Origin: Octopus bimaculoides
Lineage: Eukaryota
Assembly (NCBI RefSeq): GCF_001194135.2
Contig: NC_068996.1
Span: 13,594,164-13,658,163, forward strand
Direction: 5' to 3'
Length of the DNA stretch: 64,000 bases
The notes beneath the pieces were generated by a model. The model was not told where the DNA came from. It saw nothing but the letters and a program-made list of their open reading frames with translations, and ran no database searches. Positions 27,145 to 39,451 of this stretch are shown piece by piece (the first letter of the stretch is position 1; each line of letters begins with the position of its first letter). The translations under genes and the position numbers were made by a program.

Positions 27145-28397
27145 CAGACAGGCAGGAAGTAAATAGACACCTTTAATTTTCAAAATTTCTGATCTAAACG
27201 TCTTAATATGTTTTCGGCGGTGCAGAATTTACAATGTAATTATTCTTTTTCATTCCAGGTGCCATTATATTAAACATTTGCGAAGAGTAACCATTTTACT
27301 CACAAAAAATTCAGCAGAACTGTCAGATTTCCAAAGAGATCCTATTGTTGGGCAATCTGAGGCTGGTCTTAGCCCGCGAAAAATTGCCGAAAATTTTCAA
27401 ATTCCTCTTGCTGCTGTTAAAAGAATTGCAGTGCAGTTTAAAAACCAAGGAAAATAATCAACAGATTCTCGTCCCCGCCAATCTGGGCTCTCGGAAAGGA
27501 AACTTCGCTCTTTGAAGAGAATTGTGGAAAACGAACCCCGTTCGAAGGCTTCTGACATTGCAAAACAGCTAGACGTCAGTCCAAGAATGTGTGTTATATA
27601 TCTTCATAAGCTTGGGTACTATGGACGAGCAGCTAGAAGAAAACCTCTTTCAACCAATTAATGGGCTAAGGAGATGTCAGAAGAATCCAGTTCATTTTGA
27701 GATAGAGTGATTTTCTCAGATGAATCCAGATCTGCATTATTTTCAGACAGTGGACATGTTTGAGTCTGGAGGCTTCCCAGTCAAGAATTTGATTTGAAAC
27801 AACTCTAACCAACTGTAAAACATGGCGGTATCTCTGGAATGGTATGGGGAGCTGTCACCAGCAATGGTCGTTCTGAGCTGATCGAATGTGTTGGAACCAT
27901 AAACTCTGAAAATACACCGATATAATTAAGCAAGGGCTACTTCCGATGTATTCACACGATAACATAACGGAAAATGAGTTTTTATTCATGGAAGATGGGG
28001 CTCCATGCCACACACCGAAAAGGAACCAGCAATGGCTGACTGATAATGGGATCAAAAAGCTTCCTTGGCTGAGCCAATCTCCTGACATGAATCCAACTGA
28101 AAATCTTTGGAGCATACTAGATAGAGCTATATGAAAAACTCGACAGAAACCTAAATTTAAAGATGAATTGTTTCGATTTTTGAGTGATAAGTGGGCAGAA
28201 ATTCCACAAGAGACAATCACGAAGCTCATCAGTTCAATGCCAAAAAGAGTTTCTGAATTAAAAACTGCAAAGGGAATATCAAATAAGTACTAAAGTATGT
28301 AGTCCTACCGATCGATTACATATCAATTGTTCGCTTTGTGTATTAAATAAAAGATTTTGAAAATTAAAGGTATCTATTTACTTCCTGCATGTCTATG
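27145..28397 (+). mobile_element. Full-length but inactivated Tc1-family (DD34E) DNA transposon, about 1.25 kb
   Basis: TIRs of about 42 bp: 27145-27186 CAGACAGGCAGGAAGTAAATAGACACCTTTAATTTTCAAAAT versus 28354-28397. Both ends are flanked by TA. Confidence 0.92.
27311..28293 (+). pseudogene. Tc1 transposase pseudogene
   Basis: Has an HTH region, AARRKP, VIFSDES (D1), FMEDGAPCH (D2) and SPDMNPTENLW (E), with 34 residues between D2 and E. It contains stops, a deletion and frameshifts. Confidence 0.92.
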
Positions 28398-28634
28398 TAT
28401 ATATATANNNNNNNNNNNNNNNNNNNNNNNNNNNNNNNNNNNNNNNNNNNNNNNNNNNNNNNNNNNNNNNNNNNNNNNNNNNNNNNNNNNNNNNNNNNNN
28501 NNNNNNNNNNNNNNNNNNNNNNNNNNNNNNNNNNNNNNNNNNNNNNNNNNNNNNNNNNNNNNNNNNNNNNNNNNNNNATGTATGTGTGTGTGTGCGTGGG
28601 TGTGGGTGGGTATGGGTGGGTGTAAATATACACA

Positions 28635-29522
28635 CATGGTCAGATCAATAAGTATCCGGACTGTTGCAACGGAACCGAAACTAAAGCACGCAGAGTGAAG
28701 TCACTTGGCACAGATTGACCTTGAACTCTGTTGTGCCTGTGCATTACGTTTTACTGTTCTAGCTCACTTCCGCTATTTACAGCAGTGCTAGGAAGGAGAG
28801 TGTGTAGCGTGTGATCATCGCATTGACCATGGCAGAGAAAGTTGAGAATTTGCTTCAAATTTTGTCAAAAGCTTGGCGATACCTGCTCAGAGGCCTACGC
28901 TATGTTTCCAAAAATATTTTATCCGTCTCGAGACAATCAAGGAGATCATGTGCAACTGAAACCTGGGTGTCGTTTTGATCAGCTGAAAGCAATTTTGACG
29001 CAAACTTCGCAGTCACGCGTTTCATACCCAAATCTTCAGTGGTAATGGATTGAACAAACCGTAACCAATTTGCACATCCTCTGATAACTTACGGATGGTG
29101 ATTCGGCGATTTCCCCTCACAGCTGCATGTACATCTGCGATGTTTTTCTCAGTCTTGCTGGTTGCGGATCACTTAGAAAGTTCGTTAATATCGACATTTT
29201 TTCGGCCATCTTGCAAACGTATGAACCACTCGTACAGTTGTGTGCAGCTTATACACTCCTCTCCATACTGTTTCTGCAAATTTGCGTAGGCTTCTGAGCA
29301 GGTATCGCCATGACAACTTTCTCTCATGGTCAATGCTACGAATACACGCTACACACCTTCCTTCCTAGCACTGCTGTAAACAGAGGTAGTGAGCTAGAAC
29401 GTTAAAACTTAGTGTGCATGCACAGTATCGTTCATGGTCAATCTATGCCACGCGACATCACTCTGTGTGCTTTAGCTTCATTACTATAGCAAAAGTTCGG
29501 ATATTTATTGATTCAGACCTTG
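28635..29522. mobile_element. Mariner-derived non-autonomous structure made of two 5' ends in inverted orientation
   Basis: The left arm (+) has TIR GGTCAGATCAATAAGTATCCGGACT, a leader, and an ATG at 28829 (MAEKV..RICFKFCQKLGDTCSEAYA). The right arm (-) has the homologous TIR, leader and ATG near 29327, and codes to TEDLGMKRVTAKF..DCLETD. There is no catalytic domain. Confidence 0.85.
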
Positions 29523-29593
29523 TATATGCTGCAGCATGAACACAACCTTACGACTGAAGCATGTACAGGAATACACACACACACGTACATATA

Positions 29594-30818
29594 CGGTGCA
29601 CTGAATAAATTTTCGTCTAAATTATGCAAAAATGAAAATAACACTGACATCTCATTTTAACAGATATATTTATCAAAACTACATAAAAATATCTTGAAAT
29701 ACTAGAGAGTTAATTTATTTCATAAAATCGGTATTGGCTTTAACCACGGCCTCCAGACGACTTTTGAATCTCTTGCAACTCTTGTGAATGGTATCCCTGT
29801 TTAATTTGGTAAATGCTGCCTTAATCCTTGCCTTCAATTCATCTTTTGGTCTGCTTCTCAACTGCGCTCCAGACATAATTACCAAAGGGGCTGCAGTCTG
29901 GCGAGTTAGGTGGCCAGATGTTAGGAGTGATGTAGTCGTAGAAATTGTCTGACAGACATGACTGAGCTTTCCTGCTTGTGTGGCATGGTGTCGAGTCCTG
30001 TTGCCAAACATAGGGTCATCCAGCTCTCTTTACCCAGGGCAGCACAACTTCTTGCAGGCATTTGAAGTAGGTCTCCGTGTTGAATGTGAGGCTGTGTGGG
30101 AAGATGAATGGAAGCATAACGCCGCCATTACTAGTGATCACTCCAAACACCATAATGCTGACTGGATGTTTGATTTCTATCACTCACGGTACATGTTTTT
30201 CGGACACGGTAAGCCAACGGTTTTTCTGTATTCACTATCAGATCAAGGTAGAAATTGTTCTCGTCTGAGAAAAACCAAAACATATTCGGTTAGCGTGGGT
30301 ACTTGAATTTGTTCAAAAGCTTCGTAGCGCGGTCTTTCCTCTTTCTCACCTTATATGAGGAATACTGAATGTCTTTATGTACTACCTGCCTGAGAAGAAA
30401 CTCAGACACTCCCATGTCCCTGGCGATGGACCTGATTAACTTGGAGGGATCGTTGTTAAGCATGGCCTGGATCTCACCAACAAATTCAGGAGTTCTTTTC
30501 TTATCAGAATGATCAAAATGAGTTTTCCGAGCTACCATACCTTCGTAATCACCATTAGACTCATCCGGATCCTTTACACTGTCCTCAGATTGACACCGAA
30601 AAACTCTGAAATATTCGTACTTTAGCTTCCAGCGCAAATGCCAAGCAGTACAGCGTATCGTTTCAAAAGTTCTGGCAAAGTGGATTGCGTCTTGGTACTT
30701 TTTTTCTCACAAACGATGTCCAACTGACCCTATTATACTATGTAGTCGACAAAATCTAAACCAAACAAAACGCGAAATTAAGAATATAAAATGGCGAGAA
30801 TTTACCTATCACATCTTG
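29594..30818 (-). mobile_element. Decayed maT-type (DD37D) IS630-Tc1-mariner transposon, about 1.2 kb
   Basis: Reads WFFSDE (D1), VWQQDSTPCH (D2) and WPPNSPDCSPFGNY. The position 37 residues after D2 is G instead of D. Weak TIR core TAAATTTTCGTC/TAAATTCTCGCC; TA at both ends. Confidence 0.85.
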
Positions 30819-31130
<312 letters not shown>

Positions 31131-33076
31131 AGTAGTAGAATAGCGAAAGTAATTAACAACTACAAACGTTTGTGTCACAAGCGACATAACTATCAGCGGC
31201 TTCCTTTAGTCCCGTCTATTTGTCNNNNNNNNNNNNNNNNNNNNNNNNNNNNNNNNNNNNNNNNNNNNNNNNNNNNNNNNNNNNNNNNNNNNNNNNNNNN
31301 NNNNNNNNNNNNNNNNNNNNNNNNNNNNNNNNNNNNNNNNNNNNNNNNNNNNNNNNNNNNNNNNNNNNNNNNNNNNNNNNNNNNNNNNNNNNNNNNNNNN
31401 NNNNNNNNNNNNNNNNNNNNNNNNNNNNNNNNNNNNNNNNNNNNNNNNNNNNNNNNNNNNNNNNNNNNNNNNNNNNNNNNNNNNNNNNNNNNNNNNNNNN
31501 NNNNNNNNNNNNNNNNNNNNNNNNNNNNNNNNNNNNNNNNNNNNNNNNNNNNNNNNNNNNNNNNNNNNNNNNNNNNNNNNNNNNNNNNNNNNNNNNNNNN
31601 NNNNNNNNNNNNNNNNNNNNNNNNNNNNNNNNNNNNNNNNNNNNNNNNNNNNNNNNNNNNNNNNNNNNNNNNNNNNNNNNNNNNNNNNNNNNNNNNNNNN
31701 NNNNNNNNNNNNNNNNNNNNNNNNNNNNNNNNNNTATATATATATGTATATATCTAAATATATATATATATATATGGACATTTATTTATCGATATATATA
31801 TGTGTGTGTGTATTTATATATATATGTTAGATCATCCGATCTGTGGGTATACATATACACACACACACATACATAAAGGTGTTTACACGAGAAAATTTGA
31901 GAGTTCAACACATATCATAGAGAGGAATTCGCAAAGATGATAGAGTCCGTTCAGTGTGATACATCGCAGCTTTAATTCTGTTGCTTTGCTCATGCCAAAT
32001 ACACAGCCATCATCAAATGGAAAACTTAACAAGGTCCTAAAAACCTGGGGCTATGTTGTAATGTATTTATATTATGTATATATATANNNNNNNNNNNNNN
32101 NNNNNNNNNNNNNNNNNNNNNNNNNNNNNNNNNNNNNNNNNNNNNNNNNNNNNNNNNNNNNNNNNNNNNNNNNNNNNNNNNNNNNNNNNNNNNNNNNNNN
32201 NNNNNNNNNNNNNNNNNNNNNNNNNNNNNNNNNNNNNNNNNNNNNNNNNNNNNNNNNNNNNNNNNNNNNNNNNNNNNNNNNNNNNNNNNNNNNNNNNNNN
32301 NNNNNNNNNNNNNNNNNNNNNNNNNNNNNNNNNNNNNNNNNNNNNNNNNNNNNNNNNNNNNNNNNNNNNNNNNNNNNNNNNNNNNNNNNNNNNNNNNNNN
32401 NNNNNNNNNNNNNNNNNNNNNNNNNNNNNNNNNNNNNNNNNNNNNNNNNNNNNNNNNNNNNNNNNNNNNNNNNNNNNNNNNNNNNNNNNNNNNNNNNNNN
32501 NNNNNNNNNNNNNNNNNNNNNNNNNNNNNNNNNNNNNNNNNNNNNNNNNNNNNNNNNNNNNNNNNNNNNNNNNNNNNNNNNNNNNNNNNNNNNNNNNNNN
32601 NNNNNNNNNNNNNNNNNNNNNNNNNNNNNNNNNNNNNNNNNNNNNNNNNNNNNNNNNNNNNNNNNNNNNNNNNNNNNNNNNNNNNNNNNNNNNNNNNNNN
32701 NNNNNNNNNNNNNNNNNNNNNNNNNNNNNNNNNNNNNNNNNNNNNNNNNNNNNNNNNNNNNNNNNNNNNNNNNNNNNNNNNNNNNNNNNNNNNNNNNNNN
32801 NNNNNNNNNNNNNNNNNNNNNNNNNNNNNNNNNNNNNNNNNNNNNNNNNNNNNNNNNNNNNNNNNNNNNNNNNNNNNNNNNNNNNNNNNNNNNNNNNNNN
32901 NNNNNNNNNNNNNNNNNNNNNNNNNNNNNNNNNNNNNNNNNNNNNNNNNNNNNNNNNNNNNNNNNNNNNNNNNNNNNNNNNNNNNNNNNNNNNNNNNNNN
33001 NNNNNNNNNNNNNNNNNNNNNNNNNNNNNNNNNNNNNNNNNNNNNNNNNNNNNNNNNNNNNNNNNNNNNNNNNNNN

Positions 33077-33091
33077 TATATATATATATAT

Positions 33092-33185
<94 letters not shown>

Positions 33186-33459
33186 TGAGAGAAAAAGAGA
33201 GAGAGAGAGAGAAAGAGAAAGAAAGAAAGAAAGAAAGAGGGAGAGCATAAGAAATTACTGCGTTTCTACATTTCTTTTTCTGCATTACCCGCATAGGGGT
33301 TCAGAAACTGTTTAAGTATTTGTTTATTGATTATTCTGGGATGCATTCGGAATCATAAGTCAAATTTAGTAAAATGTGTTCAATGGTGGCGACCTTGTTT
33401 CTGAACAAACTTTCGCTTATACGAGCATACACACTCGCGCACACACACACACACACACA

Positions 33460-33520
<61 letters not shown>
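33077..33520. repeat. (GATA)n, (GA)n and (CA)n microsatellites
   Basis: Seen directly in the sequence. Confidence 0.92.
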
Positions 33521-34021
33521 GGCTGCACACATTTAGACATTCACAAACATATTCATTATTTATACAGACAGTTATATATTCACTAATGTAAGTTTATATA
33601 ATTTATGTATATATACATTTATATAAATTGTAATATATACATTAAATATGATTATTCAACAAGGAAATATGAAGTTTCGGCTACCTCGAACAGAGCAGAG
33701 AAATCATCTATCAACATTAGACATGCATACATACATACATACATACATATATACATATATATATACATATATAAAAAAAAGAAACAAAAAAAACACACAC
33801 ACACACACACATGAACATATAAATAAATAAAAACTAATACAAACGAACACGTATTAACAGAGAATATAGGTGATACAGACACTCCCCATATACGCATGCA
33901 CTTACAAAAGACACAGACACATTGAAGGACACGCATGCGTAGACACATACAATAGGAATACAAAATACAAAATGGCTGATAGTTAGCAAGGTGAGACACA
34001 CATAAGAAAGAAGGAAACAAA

Positions 34022-34066
34022 GGACCACTGATGAGGTCACAGAAGTGTGACGAAAGAACTCTGGCC
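34022..34066 (+). ncRNA. Minimal type I hammerhead ribozyme motif (one extra G before stem II), probably in a Penelope-like terminal repeat
   Basis: CCA-CTGATGA-G-GTCAC/AGAAGT/GTGAC-GAAA-GAACTC-TGG. This gives both core boxes, a 5-bp stem II, a 2-bp stem III, a CUC triplet and stem I CCA/TGG. Confidence 0.6.
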
Positions 34067-34331
34067 GAAATAAGATTAAGATTAAGATTAATGTAATATA
34101 AAGCTGAAAAAAAAAATAACACNNNNNNNNNNNNNNNNNNNNNNNNNNNNNNNNNNNNNNNNNNNNNNNNNNNNNNNNNNNNNNNNNNNNNNNNNNNNNN
34201 NNNNNNNNNNNNNNNNNNNNNNNNNNNNNNNNNNNNNNNNNNNNNNNNNNNNNNNNNNNNNNNNNNNNNNNNNNNNNTATATATATATATATATGCATGT
34301 ATATATATATATATATATATATATACATGTG

Positions 34332-34363
<32 letters not shown>

Positions 34364-34445
34364 TATCTATCTATCTATCTATCTATCTATATCTATCTAT
34401 CTATCTATCTATCTATATATATATATATATATATACAGTGAGAGG

Positions 34446-34476
<31 letters not shown>

Positions 34477-34737
34477 GGGGACAGAGAGATAGGGAGAGAG
34501 TGAGAGAGAGAGAGAGAGAGAGAGAAATAGGTAGATATATACACATTCGTAAAAATATGCAGTAAAGTAGAATTCCCATCTCTCTTTTCAGGAGCGTGTA
34601 GTATATCAAAGAAACTCTGCAGTGAATGCAGCTTTGATGAAGGAGTAAATTTTTTTAATATTAATTATAACAAAGAGTAAAAATCATTAATGATTGTACC
34701 AAGCGGTCCGCGCGGAAATATCATAATAATTATATAC

Positions 34738-35062
34738 ATAATTATATACATAATTATAACAAGGGATTGGCTATAAACCTCCTCACTCCTAGAGAATAAA
34801 CGCAAAAAAACGCTAATACCACCTTAAAAACTCCGTTGCTGAAGATATCAGTAGGTATAATTTTTACTTTGCTTGAAACGGAATCTTGTACACGTTTAAC
34901 CAAAAGTTTAATTCATTATCTTTCTTTTGCCCGACTAAAGCCAGTGTTTCATTATTTTTTTTTTTTTAGTTTTTAAAATGGTGTTAGCGCCTTTTGGCGT
35001 CTACTTCTAGCGCGTGGAATGTCTTATAGCTAATTCCTTGTTATAATTATGTATATAATTAT
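34738..35062. mobile_element. MITE-like element with inverted arms of about 95 bp
   Basis: 34738-34832 and 34968-35062 are reverse complements. The outer 27 nt ATAATTATATACATAATTATAACAAGG are identical and the inner parts are diverged. Confidence 0.8.
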
Positions 35063-35199
35063 AATATCTATATATATGTGTGTATCTGTGTATGTGTATG
35101 TGTGTGCGCATGCGCAAATTAATGTAACCAAGATATTTTAAAATTATGAATATTTTACATACAATATAAGCGACTTAAGTTTCATGTACAGAAACAGAT

Positions 35200-35700
35200 T
35201 TAACTTAGCTCTGCTCAAAATCGGCCGATATTCTCTTCAAATATCCTTTTAGCTCTTGTTTGGCATGATATATATTCTACATGTAATTTTATTGATGATG
35301 TCTGCGTATTTGGTGTCTTCATTAATGCAAGTCTTACACTGCTCGCCGTTTTGGACCTCTTAGTTACGCTATCATGTAAAAATCTGTCATATTTATCCTG
35401 ATTTACCACATATTCGTCATTAGTTTTATGAGAAAAGTCTAAGCTAATTTTAGAATTCTTAAAGATTCTAATGTTATTGTGGTTTTTTACAGAACTGTTT
35501 GTCGATGAGGAAATCTGCATCTAAGGAGACTAAGCCTTTTACTCTAGGATTTTTCTTTCTTCTCCTCATGGCATTGCATTCAATGGTGGTTGATGCCATA
35601 TCAGCATCGAAATGTAGGCCTTCCTGCACATATTTCTCTCCCATTTATCAGTTATCTTTTGCAAGATTTTAGAGTATTGATCGTTAAAGGTTGTGAATGT
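35200..35700 (-). mobile_element. Penelope-like element remnant (region N-terminal to RT)
   Basis: Reads DKYDRFLHDSVTK and, after a frameshift, INEDTKYADII..RIYIMPNK, resembling the PLE YxKLLHDNITK..INxxAK region. Confidence 0.5.
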
Positions 35701-36059
35701 ATTTTTTCTTAGCAATTATTCGATATAATAGTAGAGGTCTATCTTGGTACTTTTTTCGTGGAAGCTTTCTACTGTTTACCTGTCAATCATATGGTATACC
35801 TTCCCGTATGAATGACTAACATAAGTCCATGTGCTGCGGTCTACATATTGTTCAGTTGTTTATATATTGAGCAAATTAAGGATCCAATAAATTTGAGAAT
35901 TACAAGTATTTTATATAGAATATCTTAAGCACATGGCGACAATAATAAGTCTCAAGCTGGAGGAGAAAGTGACAATAAATGGGGTTAAGCACAGACAATC
36001 ATCTTTCTCTGAGTATGAAACTTGTCACCAAGTTAAGATATTGCATTATACAAACATGG

Positions 36060-36479
36060 TGTATGTATGTATGTATGTATGTATGTATGTATGTATGTAT
36101 GTATGTATGTGTGTATGTATGTATGTATGTATGTATGTATGTATTGTATGCATGAATGTATGTATTGTATGTATATATGCATAGTATTTATGAATGTATG
36201 AATGCATGTATGATGTATGTATTGTATGTATTGTATGTATGAATCTATGTACGCATTGTATGTATATATATATATGTATGTATAAATGTATGTGTATGTA
36301 TATATGTATTTATGTATGTGTGTATGTATGTGTATATGTGCGTATGCATGATAATATGAAAACAACGTTCGTGTGCTCAATAACAAAAGATTATATTTAT
36401 AGCAAATTCTATATATTTATTTGCATTGTATTTTTATTTATATATGAATATGGATATATATATATGTCTCTCTCTCTCA

Positions 36480-36535
<56 letters not shown>

Positions 36536-36565
36536 GTGTGTGTGTGTATATATATATATATATGT

Positions 36566-36620
<55 letters not shown>

Positions 36621-36621
36621 A

Positions 36622-36658
<37 letters not shown>

Positions 36659-36881
36659 TATGTATAAATATATATATATATATATACATATATATGTATA
36701 TACACATGCATAAGTACATACCGTACATAAATTCACTAACACACAGGTATATGCGTATATATCATTAATAATATTTTAACTGTATGCCAATAATCTGTTT
36801 GCAAATTTGGCAACAATTTCTGCGGCAACTCACATTAGAAAGAACGACGTCATTACTTGTCCAGTCAATCATACACAAGCA

Positions 36882-36935
<54 letters not shown>

Positions 36936-37027
36936 ACGTATGTGTTTGTGTATGCATGTGTATAGATGTATGGTTGTGTGTGTGCATATTTATACATACA
37001 TGTATAGATACATACATGCGTACGTAC

Positions 37028-37110
<83 letters not shown>
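36060..37110. repeat. Dense block of (GTAT)n, (CT)n, (TA)n, (CA)n and (GT)n microsatellites
   Basis: Seen directly in the sequence. Confidence 0.95.
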
Positions 37111-37329
37111 GTGTGTGTTGGAAGGTTACATATACATATGACGTTTATTTATATCTCTTTCTTGTTTTCAGGAAGAGTTTGACGTATTGGTGAACAGTCA
37201 ACGGCTTTAGAGACCATAAAGATTAAAGGCGTAGCTGAGAAAAAGCTAGCTGACGTTGAGGGCTGGAGGCTATCTTCATATTAGAATAAAGTGGCATGTA
37301 TCTTGATAATTCACACCAGGTGGCACAAT

Positions 37330-37820
37330 GCTGACATCATAGTTGCTGCTCAGTACCTCGTGAACACTGTCAAAGATGTAAGACATGACATGACATGTAT
37401 AGCCGCAAAGGGAACTACGAAGCCGTGGACAGCAAGAAGGAAGATTTCCTCTCCAAATATTTGAAGAGCGCCTAAAGCTCAGTTTATACGGCCATGTGAA
37501 GCTGCTGCAGACTCTGATCAATCCTTGCTAGAGAGGGTTGCTGCTATATGACCACGTGTATGGCAGCAGGATTGGGGTCTTTGCCGTACCCTAGGAAAGA
37601 ATCAAATGTGGCTACGGAGAATTTCTATGACTTCACCAGCACAAATTGCTGACCTCATAACTACTCCAATTTTAATCTTATCGATTACTATGTGTGAGAT
37701 CTGGTTGAGAAAAACGCTAAGGTACAGCTAGTGGCCAAGATCAAAGAGGTTTTCTAACAGCTTCTCAAGGAAACACTGAAGAATACATGCGCTAGGTTCT
37801 AGAGTTGTCCTAGAAGTCAA
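37330..37820 (+). mobile_element. Decayed DD37D (maT-type) transposase fragment
   Basis: Reads GHVKLLQTLINP..PRVWQQD..ENFYDF..IDYYV*DLVEKN, paralleling 29594-30818. Confidence 0.65.
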
Positions 37821-38744
37821 CGTGGAAAGTCATCTGAGACCCTTCTACTCCTAAATGAGCAAATCGAAAGACAGATTATTCACATTGCTAGATGTTGATG
37901 ACATTCCAGATATCAGGCACCCAGTTTCGGTTTTTCCGTGACTCAAAATTGCAACTTTCTTAAGGAAACATGCCACTAAGACATGGCTTACGAATGGCAG
38001 CTACACCAACTCTCCATTAAGGAGTCTCTCTATGTGTCACCAGTGATACACGCCCGTGTATTAGATGCTCCTGTTTCTCCAGACCGTTGCGTACAAGGTG
38101 ATGGCAGTCGAAGGATTGCCTGGCCAGTATAACGCGTCTCTTTCAGATGTCGACCGGAAAACTCTCCACCCCGATCAAACGGAAACTGCAGCAAGTCTCG
38201 CTGGTAAACGGTAACAGTAGTAAAGTAAGCGTTCTTCGTCCCGGCCAGACTTCATTTGGAATGAGTCCAAATTGTTACCAGACGATTAGCTCAACTTCTC
38301 TCGAAGAGGAGATAGTTTCAACACAAATCAACAATTTATATTATATGGTATTCAATATACCTATTTACTCTTTGTTTCTCAAATGCATACCACTGGCCAT
38401 TCTGAGTAACTTCTCTAAGCTCAACCTTGTTAAAAATGTGGGAATGATCAGGTCTATGAATGTTTGCTAATTTTTATTTAGAATATGTCTACTTTACCCT
38501 CTAAATTTATATAGGAAGCAGTGTAGGGCAATTACTATGACCGACGCCTATTAAAGCTCAGAAAGATATCAACAGCCGTCCTCATCTAAGCGATCAGATT
38601 GTCTATTCTTTAATGGTATGTCAATCGTGGGGAAATTTTCATTCGTGAAATTATTTGATCTTCTACACCAGTCGATTGTTTTACCTTAAGGTAACATCGA
38701 TAATTTCAATAAATTAAGAATCGATGTTGTATGGCCTTTAATAT

Positions 38745-38792
38745 ATCATGTTTATACATACATATTTATATATACATACATACATGCATACA

Positions 38793-38826
<34 letters not shown>

Positions 38827-39270
38827 CAGACAGACAGACAAACATACATACATGCATGAATACATGTATATAATATATATGCACATATATACATACACAC
38901 ATATATATACAATATACTTTATATATATGTATATATATATATGTATAGATATGAATATATATACATACATATATATATACAGATATATACATATGTATAC
39001 ATACATACATATACATACACACATATACATACACACATGTGCATAATCAACTTGTGCATTCGGTAATCGACCCACAAGTGCTTCACAGGGTAGGCGGTAA
39101 TTAGTCTAGCCAAATCTTTCCGACTAGAGTGGAGAAGAGATAAACGAAAATAAAACTAATTTTATGATAGTTAAAGCAATACATAAAACACGAAGAAAAT
39201 ATTGTGATATCAATATTAATTAGGATTTATGAAGGAATTCATTATGCGAAGTCATTATTATTATTATTAA

Positions 39271-39310
<40 letters not shown>

Positions 39311-39335
39311 GCTGTTGTTGTTGTTGTTATTGTTA

Positions 39336-39373
<38 letters not shown>

Positions 39374-39380
39374 GTTGTTG

Positions 39381-39450
<70 letters not shown>
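38745..39450. repeat. (ATAC)/(AT) block and compound (TTG)n(TTA)n microsatellite
   Basis: Seen directly in the sequence; the two blocks are separated by about 200 bp of unique DNA. Confidence 0.9.

Positions 39451-39451
<1 letters not shown>

Noticed and set aside
29011-29043. CTGAAGA..GAAAC on the minus strand, hammerhead-like
   Set aside because: It has no stem II and G at the cleavage position. It is mariner coding sequence (TEDLGMKRV).
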